A stretch of DNA of 64,000 bases from Betaproteobacteria bacterium (GCA_018970545.1 JAGWWC010000004.1:828-64827); one strand, 5' to 3'. Shown: positions 1-9,694, counted from the stretch's first letter. Translations and numbers: made by a program. Notes: generated by a model from the sequence alone, not told the origin.

Positions 1-22
1 CGATAGCCGTGACGACTCTGCC

Positions 23-934
23 CTAGGGCGAAATCAGTAAGTCGCCCTGCCGCGCAAGGGCGCCGGCCTTCACCAGGCTCTCTAAAGACCAATGCAAGGC
101 CTGATCTGGGGGAAGGTCGGCCTGCGCGCTAGCATCACAGAAGACCTGTGCGTATCGGAGCCGCTCAAAAAGCTGGGCTTCAGTGGCTTGTTCCAGATCA
201 AGCATGATGAATTTCACGAGTACTTTCAGTGCATAGCGTGCATTGCGGATGGGGTCTGCCTTCAGCCACGCGAGCCGGCCCCTGGCGCGGGCAAGTGCTA
301 AGTCAAGATCGACAAAAATCGGACCGTGGCCTGGAATCACCATCGTCGGCTGAAGGGATTCGATACGCTCTAAGACTTCATGCTGCTCTTGAAATCCACT
401 TTCGCCAGAGAGCTCCGGAAATGTAACGCCAAAGCCATCCTCCCACAGGGCGTCTGCTGAAATCAAAATGCGGTGCGATGGGGCAAAGAGCATGATGGAT
501 TCCGGATCATGGCCCGCCGCCGCATAGACTTCCCAAATCAGTGAGCCGAGAGTTAACTGCTGACCTGCGTGAATCGATCCGGCCGGCAAAAAGCGTTCAC
601 AGCGCTGGCCCGTAGCGGTGAAACTTAAGGCCTCAAGCTGCCAATCCCGAGCCAGATGCAACGAACCGCTGGGCACAAAAATCTGCGCACCGAATCGTTG
701 GGCAAGCGCCGCATTTCCCCCGCAGTGATCGGAATGAAGATGGGTATTTAAAATTCGCGCCAATGGCCGGCCACCAAGCATACGCTCCACCAATGCACAG
801 GTCAGCGCGGCGTGCTTGACGTAGCCGGTATCGACAACGCTTGCCGAGCCGTCGTCTTCAAAAAAAAGAATCTGATTTGCAGACAGCCAGTCCCGCTCGA
901 TGAAACGCATCGATGGCGGAAGGTTCTGGGTCAT
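23..934 (-). CDS. MBL-fold metallo-hydrolase
   Basis: THLHSDHCGG motif, GHD, D in SADAL and terminal PGHG; ATG overlaps the upstream gene's TGA (ATGA). Confidence 0.9.
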   Translation of the reverse strand: MTQNLPPSMRFIERDWLSANQILFFEDDGSASVVDTGYVKHAALTCALVERMLGGRPLARILNTHLHSDHCGGNAALAQRFGAQIFVPSGSLHLARDWQLEALSFTATGQRCERFLPAGSIHAGQQLTLGSLIWEVYAAAGHDPESIMLFAPSHRILISADALWEDGFGVTFPELSGESGFQEQHEVLERIESLQPTMVIPGHGPIFVDLDLALARARGRLAWLKADPIRNARYALKVLVKFIMLDLEQATEAQLFERLRYAQVFCDASAQADLPPDQALHWSLESLVKAGALARQGDLLISP

Positions 935-1146
935 GGGGCCTGTTCTTGGGGGTGGGCTGACTGACGCTGCATGATCTCGCGCATCACTGCGGCACGCTCT
1001 TCGGGACTCATCTGGCCCCAGGCAGCGATTTCATCCAGGGTACGCAGGCAGCCAATACAGAGGCCCGTCACCGTTGACATCTTGCAAACGGATCTACAGG
1101 GTGACATGATCGGCGCGGTTTGCGCTGCTTCAGATGAGCTGGCCAT
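931..1146 (-). CDS. DUF1289-like small Cys-rich protein
   Basis: SPCRSVC..C.GC.RTLDEIAAW pattern; start moved to ATG 1146 so it does not overlap the divergent gene. Confidence 0.8.
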   Translation of the reverse strand: MASSSEAAQTAPIMSPCRSVCKMSTVTGLCIGCLRTLDEIAAWGQMSPEERAAVMREIMQRQSAHPQEQAP

Positions 1147-1181
1147 ACCCAAGAATAACACCCCCGAATTGAGAGACCCCA

Positions 1182-1766
1182 GTGAGCGAATCCTCCATCT
1201 CGAACACCCCCATTCCCGACATTGCATCACTGCCTCAAGATATCGCGGAGCGACTCAGCATTACAAAAGAAAAGGCTGGCTTTGTACCGAATGTGATGCG
1301 CGTGCTCTCCCATCGTCCGGATGAATTCCGGGCTTTTTTCGCCTATCACGATGCCTTGATGGAGGGTGCAAGCGGCCTGACCAAGGCCGAGCGGGAAATG
1401 ATTGTGGTCGTCACTTCAGCACTGAACCGCTGCCCATATTGTGTGATTGCCCACGGTGCAATTCTCCGAATCCGTGCCAAGAACCCCAGAATCGCAGATC
1501 AGCTCGCGACCAATTACAAGACCGCAGAGATCACCGCGCGAGAGCGGGCAATATGTGACTTCGCCGTCAAGGTCGCGGCTGCAGCGGCCGACTTAACCGA
1601 TCACGATCGGCAGGCTGCACGCGCTGCTGGACTCACTGATGAAGATCTCTGGGATATCGCCGCGATCACTGCTTTTTTCGCGATGAGCAATCGGCTTGCC
1701 AGCGCAACTGGCATGCGGCCAAACGAAGAGTTCTATCTGATGGGCCGGATTCCTAAAGACAAATAG
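1182..1766 (+). CDS. AhpD/CMD-family peroxidase-related enzyme
   Basis: GFVPNV, EREMI and CPYCVIAHG motifs. Confidence 0.88.
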   Translation: MSESSISNTPIPDIASLPQDIAERLSITKEKAGFVPNVMRVLSHRPDEFRAFFAYHDALMEGASGLTKAEREMIVVVTSALNRCPYCVIAHGAILRIRAKNPRIADQLATNYKTAEITARERAICDFAVKVAAAAADLTDHDRQAARAAGLTDEDLWDIAAITAFFAMSNRLASATGMRPNEEFYLMGRIPKDK

Positions 1767-1784
1767 GGATCGTTTGCGCGAGCG

Positions 1785-3035
1785 TCAACGCGAGGACTCA
1801 GACGCCCGCCGATCGCTAACGATAACACCCTCGGCAATCCAATCCGTGATTTCAGCCGCTGTATACCCCGCTGCCGAGAGAAGGGACTCGGTGTCTGCGC
1901 CAATGGCCGGGATTGCGGCGACTGCTATCGGAGCGGCCGCCATTTGAACCGGAAAAGGGAGAACTGGCTGCGCATGCGAATCAAGCGCTACCGCACCGCG
2001 GCGCACTGAGGGGCCATGCTGGAGTGACTCTTCAAGGGTCATCACCGGGCTCACGCAGCAGTCTTCGTCTTTAAAGATCGCGCGCCATTCGGCCAATGTT
2101 TTTTTACCAATCATCGCCGCCACATCGGCAATTACAGCCCTACCTTCTTGGCCGCAGCAATGACCCCGATCTGATAAATCGGGCCGATTGAGGATCTCGC
2201 AAAACCGCTGCCAGAACTTTTGCTCCAGAGCCCCCACTGCGAGATAGCGTTGATCCTGCGTCGCATAAACCTGGTAGCAGGCCGCGCCTCCGGTGATCAG
2301 CTCCGCGCCGGCTGCCGGCTCCACACGGCGCTGATTCAGCAGGCCTAATGCGTAAACATTTAACGCCAGGGCACCATCGGCCATGGCCACGTCAAGAAAA
2401 CGTCCTCGGCCATTAAGCTTTGCATCCAGCAGGGCCGCGAGAATCGCGGTGGCCGCCGAGAGTGCGCCGCCGGCTAGGTCAGCCGTCTGAACCGTGCCGA
2501 TCGCCGGTCTGCCATCCTGCGCGCGGTTATGGTGGAGTCCGCCGCTGAGTGCTAAGTAATTGAGATCATGGCCCGCTTTGTCGCGATAGGGGCCGGTCTG
2601 ACCATAGCCCGATAGCGCGCAGTACACCAGGCTGGGCTTGACGGTCGCGAGTGCCTCGTAGCCAACGCCCAGCCGTTGCATGACACCCGGCCGAAAACCC
2701 TCCAGCACAATATCAGCGTCAACGACCAATCGCTTGACGATCTCAACAGCACGCGGATCACGCAGATTCAACGCAATTGATTTTTTTCCGCGATTGACCA
2801 AATCAAAAAATCGGCCGCCACCAAATCCTTCCAGGTCGGCCTCTTCGCGCATGAGATCGCCGCCATCGGGCCGCGTTGCATCGTCAATACGAATCACTTC
2901 AGCGCCCAAATCAGTAAGGATTTGAGAACAGTAAGGGCCGGGAAGTAATCTGCTGAAATCGAGCACGCGTACAGCCACAAGCGGCAGTGGCCCGTTCGTC
3001 GCTGGCAGCGCCAATGATTGGGAAGTCGAGGACAT
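1785..3035 (-). CDS. CaiB/BaiF family (class III) CoA-transferase
   Basis: VLDFSRLLPGP, NRGKKSI, GFRPGV, SGYGQTGP and GHDLNY motifs; start at ATG 3035 (alternative TTG 3050). Confidence 0.9.
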   Translation of the reverse strand: MSSTSQSLALPATNGPLPLVAVRVLDFSRLLPGPYCSQILTDLGAEVIRIDDATRPDGGDLMREEADLEGFGGGRFFDLVNRGKKSIALNLRDPRAVEIVKRLVVDADIVLEGFRPGVMQRLGVGYEALATVKPSLVYCALSGYGQTGPYRDKAGHDLNYLALSGGLHHNRAQDGRPAIGTVQTADLAGGALSAATAILAALLDAKLNGRGRFLDVAMADGALALNVYALGLLNQRRVEPAAGAELITGGAACYQVYATQDQRYLAVGALEQKFWQRFCEILNRPDLSDRGHCCGQEGRAVIADVAAMIGKKTLAEWRAIFKDEDCCVSPVMTLEESLQHGPSVRRGAVALDSHAQPVLPFPVQMAAAPIAVAAIPAIGADTESLLSAAGYTAAEITDWIAEGVIVSDRRASESSR

Positions 3036-3066
3036 CGTGGAGAATCTCAATGCAAGACGAGATGAT

Positions 3067-3143
3067 TGGTAGGCGCGATTGGACTCGAACCAACGACCCC
3101 CACCATGTCAAGGTGGTGCTCTAACCAGCTGAGCTACGCGCCT
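3067..3143 (-). tRNA. tRNA-Val(GAC)
   Basis: Reverse complement AGGCGCGTAGCTCAGCTGGTTAGAGCACCACCTTGACATGGTGGGGGTCGTTGGTTCGAGTCCAATCGCGCCTACCA; cloverleaf, GAC anticodon, encoded CCA. Confidence 0.97.
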
Positions 3144-4702
3144 GCCGCAGAACGACGGGCCGAAACGCCGCCTTCCTGAACCGGGTGCAATTGTAGATCA
3201 ATTCCACATTTGGCCCACTCGGCCGCCTCATGCTGCAGGCCAAAGACGGTTAACGGATGCGCCTCCAGCCATAGGCCACTGATTTCCAGACGAAACCGTG
3301 TTGGCCCCCCGATTAAATCAATTTCAGGAAGTTCAAGATCAAGACGGCGGCGGTAGAGCAAACAGGCGAGCCGAAAGCACATCGCGGCAGCACGCTGGGC
3401 CGGTGAGGCCAGCTGTGGCTGAATCTTTGAGAGCTTTCCCCGCTGGCCCAGCACGAGCATAGCGACCGCCTGCTGCTCCCGGCGCGAGAAACCGGGCAGA
3501 TCAGCATGCGTCACGATGTAGGCCGAATGCTTGTGAAAGCTGTTATGGGAAATCGAGACGCCGATCTCATGCAGACAGGCGGCCCAGAGCAGATGCTGCT
3601 CGAGTTGCTCGCGCTCCTCATCGGAGCCGATTTTTAAACGCTTCCAGAGATTGATTGCAAAAAGACTGATGCGCTGCGACTGGGCGATATCAACCGAATA
3701 GCGTCGCATCGCCTGCTCAACACTGATACGTCGCATATCTTCGCGCTGCGTACGGCCCACGAGGTCATACAAAACACCCAGTCGCAAGGCGCCTTCGCCA
3801 TGGTGCATGCGCGTGATACCGAGCTCTTCAAATATTGCCGACATGATGGCCAGCCCGCCCGCAAACACCGGGATTCGATCAGGTTTTAAGCCGTCTAAAC
3901 CAGCCTCCTCGATTCGGCCTGCACGAACGAGCCTGCTCACCAATGCATCCAGTGCTTGTGCGGTGATCCCATCTGCGCCCAGGCCATTGGCTTGAATCAC
4001 TTCGGCAATCGCTTTGGCAGTGCCACTTGAGCCGATGACTTCATCCCAGCCCGCTGACACAAAGGCCTTTCGAATCACCTGAATCTCTTCACGGGCCGCA
4101 AGGATCGCCGCTTTCATAGCCGGCCGGTCAATTTCGCCGCCTGGAAAATAATCACGACTGAATCGCACGCATCCTACATAGACCGACTCCAGCACCTCGG
4201 GCACCTCATTGCGGCCGATCACAAACTCGGTGGAGCCGCCACCAATGTCGATCACGAGCCGTTTCTTTCCGTCTCGCGGCAGGCTCTGGGCGACCCCTGA
4301 GTAAATCAATCGGGCCTCTTCCTGGCCAGCAATAATTTCAATCGGAAAGCCGAGTGCCGCCTCAGCGGTGTGCAGGAACTCTTGGCCGTTTTTCGCGATC
4401 CGAAGGGTATTGGTCGCCACCGCCCGAACACGGTCCGGGGAAAATGAACGCAGCCGCTCGCCAAATCGTTGCAAGGCGAGAATCGCCCGCGACTGCGAAG
4501 CGGCGTCAAGACGTTTATCGGGCCCCAGCCCACCTGCAAGGCGGACCACCTCCTTGAGGCTATCCAGTGGATAGACCTGAAACCCCAGCGGAGACTCCAC
4601 CACCCGGCCGATCAAAAGGTGAAAACTGTTGGATCCGAGATCCGCTGCCGCAACAAGCTTTACGGGATTCGACATGGGCATAGCGGCCTTATTGTCGCTC
4701 AA
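3134..4702 (-). CDS. ppx: Exopolyphosphatase (Ppx/GppA)
   Basis: DLGSNSFH, ATNTLR, EEARLIY, DIGGGSTE and an HD-like C-terminal domain (LHEIG); exact start uncertain (4702/4681/4675). Confidence 0.95.
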   Translation of the reverse strand: MSDNKAAMPMSNPVKLVAAADLGSNSFHLLIGRVVESPLGFQVYPLDSLKEVVRLAGGLGPDKRLDAASQSRAILALQRFGERLRSFSPDRVRAVATNTLRIAKNGQEFLHTAEAALGFPIEIIAGQEEARLIYSGVAQSLPRDGKKRLVIDIGGGSTEFVIGRNEVPEVLESVYVGCVRFSRDYFPGGEIDRPAMKAAILAAREEIQVIRKAFVSAGWDEVIGSSGTAKAIAEVIQANGLGADGITAQALDALVSRLVRAGRIEEAGLDGLKPDRIPVFAGGLAIMSAIFEELGITRMHHGEGALRLGVLYDLVGRTQREDMRRISVEQAMRRYSVDIAQSQRISLFAINLWKRLKIGSDEEREQLEQHLLWAACLHEIGVSISHNSFHKHSAYIVTHADLPGFSRREQQAVAMLVLGQRGKLSKIQPQLASPAQRAAAMCFRLACLLYRRRLDLELPEIDLIGGPTRFRLEISGLWLEAHPLTVFGLQHEAAEWAKCGIDLQLHPVQEGGVSARRSAAGA

Positions 4703-4746
4703 GTCCCTCGAAGTCGACAGAGTCGGGGCTAATCACAATAGCGGCG

Positions 4747-4780
4747 CTGTCACCTGGCCGTCATATTCCAGCTCCACACT
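4747..4780 (+). promoter_or_regulatory. Pho box plus -10 element upstream of ppk1
   Basis: CTGTCAC-CTGG-CCGTCAT (11-nt period, 4747-4764), 10-nt gap, then CACACT (4775-4780). Confidence 0.65.
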
Positions 4781-4789
4781 CCGACAATC

Positions 4790-6856
4790 ATGAGCACCAG
4801 GCCCCATCCCAGCCCCACCGAGCATTTCCTGAATCGGGAACTCAGCCTATTGGCCTTTAACGAACGTGTCCTGGCCATGGCTGAAGACCCTGCTGTGCCG
4901 GCGCTGGAGCGGCTACGCTATATCTGCATTGTCTCCAGTAATCTCGATGAGCTCTTTGAGATCCGAGTCTCAGGCATCAAAGCCCAGCTTCGATCGCACC
5001 CCGATCAGGTCCATGCCGATGGCTTTACAGCCGCCACCACCTACACTGCTGTCTGCGCCCGGGCCGGCGCGCTGATCGAACGCCAGTACCACGTGCTTAA
5101 CGAACAAGTTTTTCCTTTACTTCAGCAGCATGGCATCCATTTTCATCTTGCGCCTACGCTCGATGACACCCAGCGCGAATGGGCTCACCATTATTTCAGT
5201 CAGGAAGTGCTGCCCGTCCTCACGCCGATTGGCCTATCGCCCACTCATCCCTTCCCCCGGGTGCTCAATAAGAGTCTGAACTTTATTGTTGAGTTGCAGG
5301 GTGAAGACTCGTTTGGCCGTCAAAGCGGCGTCGCGATTGTGCAGGCGCCCCGTGCCCTGCCCCGCCTGGTGGCGATGCCCAAGGCAATCTCTGGCTATCC
5401 CCACGGCTTCATGATGCTGTCGTCATTTGTCCAAAGCTTTGTTCACGAGTTGTTTCCCGGCATGACGGCCATCGGTGTCCACCAATTTCGAGTCACGCGA
5501 AACAGTGACTTATTTGTCGATGACGAAGAAGTGACCGATCTGCGCGAGGCCCTGCAGGGAGAGCTCTCGCAGCGGCAGTTTGGCGATGCCGTGCGTCTGG
5601 AAGTCTCCGAGGGCATCTCCGATCGCATGCTCAAGCTTTTGCGCAACGAGTTTGGGCTCACCGACGCCGACTGCTACCGGGTCCATGGGCCCGTCAATAT
5701 GGTGCGACTCATGCAGCTGCCGGATCTGGTTGATCGGCCGGACTTAAAGTTTCCTGCCTTCACCCCGCGGTATCCCAAGGCACTTGAATCGGCCAATCTT
5801 TTTGAAGTAATTCGTCAGCAGGATGTGCTGCTCCACCATCCTTACGACTCCTTCTCAGCGGTTGCTGACTTTATTCGTCTTGCCGCCGCAGATCCGCAGG
5901 TGGTGGCGATTAAGCAGACCATTTATCGCACGGGCCAGACCTCAGAACTCATGGAGTCGCTTCTCGGAGCCGTGCGTGCCGGCAAAGAGGTCACCGTCAT
6001 CGTGGAGCTGATGGCACGGTTTGATGAAGAGACCAATATCAACTGGGCCTCGCGGCTCGAGGAGGCAGGTGCTCACGTGGTCTTTGGCGTCGTTGGCAAC
6101 AAGACCCACGCCAAGATGTGCTTAATTGTCCGTCGGGAAAAGTCTGGCATGCGCCGCTACGTGCACCTGGGCACCGGAAACTATCACCCCAAAACCGCCC
6201 GGACCTACACCGACTTCGGTCTTTTCACGAGCCATCAAGACATCTGCGCTGATGTCCACGAAGTCTTCCAGCAGCTCACGGGCCTTGGCCACGCCAAGGC
6301 CTTAAAAGTAATGCTGCAGTCTCCCTTCACCTTGCATCAACGCATGATCGCATTCATTGAACGCGAGGCCCGGCATGCAAAGGCCGGCAAGCCTGCACGC
6401 ATCATTGCCAAAATGAATTCACTGGTCGAGCCGCAGGTCATTGAGGCGCTGTATAAAGCCAGCCGCGCCGGCGTGAAGATTGACTTGATTGTGCGTGGCG
6501 TTTGTGTGCTCAGGCCCAAAGTGCCTGGTCTTTCAGAAAATATCTCAGTGCGCTCGACGATTGGCCGCTTTTTAGAGCACAGCCGCGTGTTTTATTTTAA
6601 AAATGCAGGCCAGGAGGATGTCTATCTCTCCTCCGCCGACTGGATGGATCGTAATTTTTTTCGGCGGGTTGAGCTTGCCTTTCCGGTGCTGGACCCAAAG
6701 CTTAAGCAACGTGTGATTCGCGAGGGACTCTCGGCGCATCTTCGAGACAATGCCTTGTCGTGGACCATGCGGGCCGACGGCAGTTACTCGATGAAACGCA
6801 CCGTTGGGCCGAAACGTCGGGCTTCGCAGGAATTACTGCTGGCTGCGGCCCGATAG
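4790..6856 (+). CDS. ppk1: Polyphosphate kinase 1
   Basis: NRELSLLAFNERVL, HPFP, LHHPYDSF, ARFDEE, KTHAK, GTGNY, GRFLEHSR and SSADWM motifs. Confidence 0.97.
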   Translation: MSTRPHPSPTEHFLNRELSLLAFNERVLAMAEDPAVPALERLRYICIVSSNLDELFEIRVSGIKAQLRSHPDQVHADGFTAATTYTAVCARAGALIERQYHVLNEQVFPLLQQHGIHFHLAPTLDDTQREWAHHYFSQEVLPVLTPIGLSPTHPFPRVLNKSLNFIVELQGEDSFGRQSGVAIVQAPRALPRLVAMPKAISGYPHGFMMLSSFVQSFVHELFPGMTAIGVHQFRVTRNSDLFVDDEEVTDLREALQGELSQRQFGDAVRLEVSEGISDRMLKLLRNEFGLTDADCYRVHGPVNMVRLMQLPDLVDRPDLKFPAFTPRYPKALESANLFEVIRQQDVLLHHPYDSFSAVADFIRLAAADPQVVAIKQTIYRTGQTSELMESLLGAVRAGKEVTVIVELMARFDEETNINWASRLEEAGAHVVFGVVGNKTHAKMCLIVRREKSGMRRYVHLGTGNYHPKTARTYTDFGLFTSHQDICADVHEVFQQLTGLGHAKALKVMLQSPFTLHQRMIAFIEREARHAKAGKPARIIAKMNSLVEPQVIEALYKASRAGVKIDLIVRGVCVLRPKVPGLSENISVRSTIGRFLEHSRVFYFKNAGQEDVYLSSADWMDRNFFRRVELAFPVLDPKLKQRVIREGLSAHLRDNALSWTMRADGSYSMKRTVGPKRRASQELLLAAAR

Positions 6857-8455
6857 CGGCCCCACCACAAGCAGCGGAATCAACGCCACAACGGCCATCG
6901 TCAGCGATGGCCACGCCGCCTGGCCGAGCAGTTCGTCTGCGGCAAGATGATGCGCGGAGACCGCCAAGGTCTCCAAATTAAATGGCCGCAGCACCAGTGT
7001 GGCGGGTAACTCTTTGACCACATCAACAAAGACCAGTAACGCCGCCACACCCATCGCGCCACGCATCAAGGGCACATGGACGCGAAGAAAAACCTGCAGG
7101 CGCGATAAGCCCAGGCCACTGGCTGACCAGTCCAGCGATCGCGTAATGCGTCCAAGGCCAGTCTCAATCGGACCCAGACCAACGACAAAAAATCGCGTCA
7201 AGTAGGCCCCCAACAAAAGCGCACCGGTGCTGGCCAAGGCAACACGCCAATTCAGCCACTGATCGGCAAGCTCGGTAAATAATCCTGACCAGGCCAGCAA
7301 TCCAACAGCCACCACCAGGCCAGGCATCGCGTAGCCCACCGAAGCAATCCGCACGGCCCGTCCGAGCCAGCTGCTGCCATTGCGAAGGGCATAGCCACAT
7401 ATCCATGCTGCCGGCAAAATGACCAGCACCGCTGCGGCACCGAGGCCGATGGTCGTGATGGCCTGATAAAACAAAGGACCGGCCTGAGGCACCGCCTCTG
7501 CAGTGATGGCAGCATGCAGCAGCAGTCCAGCTGGTAAAACAAACCCAAAGATCGGCAAGATCGCGCAAAACATTCCCATCGCCAAGGCACGTTTTCCTGA
7601 AACCACGAAACGTCGGGCCCGGCCGCTCGGCCGCTGTCCAGCCCAAGCAGCACGGCCGCGGCTTCGCATTTCAAACCACATGAGCAGCAGCATCACGATC
7701 AGCATCAGCATTCCCATCAGAGCGGCCGATGAGCGATCGCCATAGTTAAACCAGGCCTTAAAGAGTCCGGTGGAAAGTGTCGGCACCGAGAAAAACGCGA
7801 CCGTGCCGTAATCGGCCCAGCATTCCATGATGACCAAGGCCAGACCGGCAATCCACGCCGGCCGCGCAAGTGGCAGAGCAAGCCGAAAGAAGATCTGCGC
7901 AGGCGAGAGTCCCATTGCACGAGCGGCATCAAATGATCCGGCCTGTCGATCTTCGAATGCAGTCTTTGACAGCAGCGCCACATACGGGCTCAGCGCGAGT
8001 CCCATGATCAGGCCCGCACCCGCCACTGAGCGGATATCCATGCGTGGAAATGCAATGCCTATTGCAGAGAGCATCTGTATCAGATCGCGATACAGCCAGC
8101 CCGAAGGATCCAGCGCATCGGTGTAGGCATAGGCCAACACATAGGCCGGCATCGCCATCGGAAGAATCAAAGCCCAATTCAAAAGCCGTCTGCCCGGAAA
8201 GTCATAGGCGGCGATCATCCAGGCGCCCGGCAGGCCCAGGCCTAAGGCGATCGCGGCGGCGATTACGGAAATCGCAATCGTATTCAGGGTGTATTCAAGC
8301 AATACCGATTCAGCCAACGACACCAGCACCGCTGGGCTCATAAGCGCCTTCAGTCCAAAGACCCCAACTGCGGCCAGGGGCAGGATGATGGCCACCACCA
8401 GCGTGACCGAGGCCAGAATGAGGGCCCGATTGGGGGGAAAGGGGTTTGGCTTCAC
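6833..8455 (-). CDS. fbpB: Fe3+ ABC transporter permease (FbpB-like)
   Basis: Duplicated permease domains with EAA-like loops (DAARAMG, WSASGLG); PLAMPAYV-like and KELPATL motifs. Confidence 0.85.
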   Translation of the reverse strand: MKPNPFPPNRALILASVTLVVAIILPLAAVGVFGLKALMSPAVLVSLAESVLLEYTLNTIAISVIAAAIALGLGLPGAWMIAAYDFPGRRLLNWALILPMAMPAYVLAYAYTDALDPSGWLYRDLIQMLSAIGIAFPRMDIRSVAGAGLIMGLALSPYVALLSKTAFEDRQAGSFDAARAMGLSPAQIFFRLALPLARPAWIAGLALVIMECWADYGTVAFFSVPTLSTGLFKAWFNYGDRSSAALMGMLMLIVMLLLMWFEMRSRGRAAWAGQRPSGRARRFVVSGKRALAMGMFCAILPIFGFVLPAGLLLHAAITAEAVPQAGPLFYQAITTIGLGAAAVLVILPAAWICGYALRNGSSWLGRAVRIASVGYAMPGLVVAVGLLAWSGLFTELADQWLNWRVALASTGALLLGAYLTRFFVVGLGPIETGLGRITRSLDWSASGLGLSRLQVFLRVHVPLMRGAMGVAALLVFVDVVKELPATLVLRPFNLETLAVSAHHLAADELLGQAAWPSLTMAVVALIPLLVVGPLSGRSQQ

Positions 8456-8471
8456 GACGAATCGCTCAAAT

Positions 8472-8490
8472 AAGAATTATAATCATTTGC
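8472..8490. promoter_or_regulatory. Fur box overlapping divergent -10 elements
   Basis: AAGAATTATAATCATTTGC matches 14 of 19 positions of GATAATGATAATCATTATC and contains the palindrome ATTATAAT. Confidence 0.75.
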
Positions 8491-8491
8491 A

Positions 8492-9586
8492 ATGAAGGCC
8501 CTAGAGCTCGACCAAGTCGCAATCCGTTATCCGGACGCTAATCGCCCGGAAGGCTTTTTGCTGGCCGCCTCCGGGGTGTCACTGGCCCTAGATCGGGGCG
8601 ATATCGGCTGCCTACTCGGGCCCTCGGGCTGCGGCAAGACCAGCCTGCTGCGGGCGGTGGCCGGCTTTGTGCCAATCGCCAAAGGCGCAATCCGAATTAA
8701 TGGCGAGCTCATGGCCGATGGCGAGCAGCACGTGCCTCCCGAAAAGCGCCGGGTCGGGGTGGTATTCCAGGACTACGCCCTTTTTCCTCATCTGACCGTG
8801 ATTGAAAACATTCGATTCGGACTGACTAAGGGTAAGCGCAGCGCAAGCGCCGAGGCGCATGCCCGCGCCAAGGACATGCTCGAACTGGTCGGCCTCGGCC
8901 AGCAGGCCGATCGCTATCCCCATGAGCTCTCAGGCGGACAGCAGCAGCGCGTCGCCCTCGCTCGGGCCCTTGCACCCCAGCCCGACTTGGTCCTGCTCGA
9001 TGAGCCCTTCTCTAACCTTGACATTGCGCTCAGGGATCGGCTCGCCCGTGAGGTCCGGGATATCCTGCGCCAGACCCAGACGACAGCCATTTTGGTGACC
9101 CACGATCAGCACGAGGCCTTTGCGGTAGCCGATCAGGTCGGGGTCATTTTCGAGGGCCGGCTCACCCAATGGGCCAATCCTTACCAGCTCTATCACGAAC
9201 CCAACTCGGCGGCCGTGGCCCGTTTTGTCGGCGAGGGTGCCTTTATCACTGGATCCCAGGTTGGCCACGAGGTCAAGACTCTGCTGGGGGCCCTGCCGCT
9301 CAGCGCCTGCTGCTGCAATGACTGCGAACCCGTTGGCGATGTCCGGGTGCTACTCAGGCCCGATGACGTGGTCCACGACGACGCCTCGCCGCTGAAAGCC
9401 AAGGTGGTCAGGAAGGCCTTTCGGGGCGCGGACTTTCTCTACACCCTTGAGCTCGATAACGGCGAGCAGATCCTATCCCTGGTGCCCAGCCATCACGACC
9501 ATGGCTTGGAAGAGAAAATCGGTATTCGGCTTGAGGCCGACCATGTGGTGACCTTCAGTCAAGCAGAGCCCGCCCAGCCGTTTTAA
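8492..9586 (+). CDS. fbpC: Fe3+ ABC transporter ATP-binding protein (FbpC-like)
   Basis: Walker A GPSGCGKT, VFQDYALFPH, LSGGQQQR, Walker B LLDEPFS and a TOBE-like C-terminus. Confidence 0.88.
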   Translation: MKALELDQVAIRYPDANRPEGFLLAASGVSLALDRGDIGCLLGPSGCGKTSLLRAVAGFVPIAKGAIRINGELMADGEQHVPPEKRRVGVVFQDYALFPHLTVIENIRFGLTKGKRSASAEAHARAKDMLELVGLGQQADRYPHELSGGQQQRVALARALAPQPDLVLLDEPFSNLDIALRDRLAREVRDILRQTQTTAILVTHDQHEAFAVADQVGVIFEGRLTQWANPYQLYHEPNSAAVARFVGEGAFITGSQVGHEVKTLLGALPLSACCCNDCEPVGDVRVLLRPDDVVHDDASPLKAKVVRKAFRGADFLYTLELDNGEQILSLVPSHHDHGLEEKIGIRLEADHVVTFSQAEPAQPF

Positions 9587-9657
9587 GTTCCCAACCCCGA
9601 TCTTTCCAAGTGTCGTTTGTGACTCGTTGTTCATTTGTCACAAGGCTGTGCTACAGT

Positions 9658-9672
9658 TTGTGCATCGCACAA
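9658..9672. promoter_or_regulatory. Palindromic operator TTGTGC-ATC-GCACAA (PhaR-box-like)
   Basis: Perfect 6-3-6 inverted repeat immediately after an extended -10 (TG-C-TACAGT, 9649-9657). Confidence 0.45.
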
Positions 9673-9694
9673 TCTCAAGCCACCTCTCAAAGCA

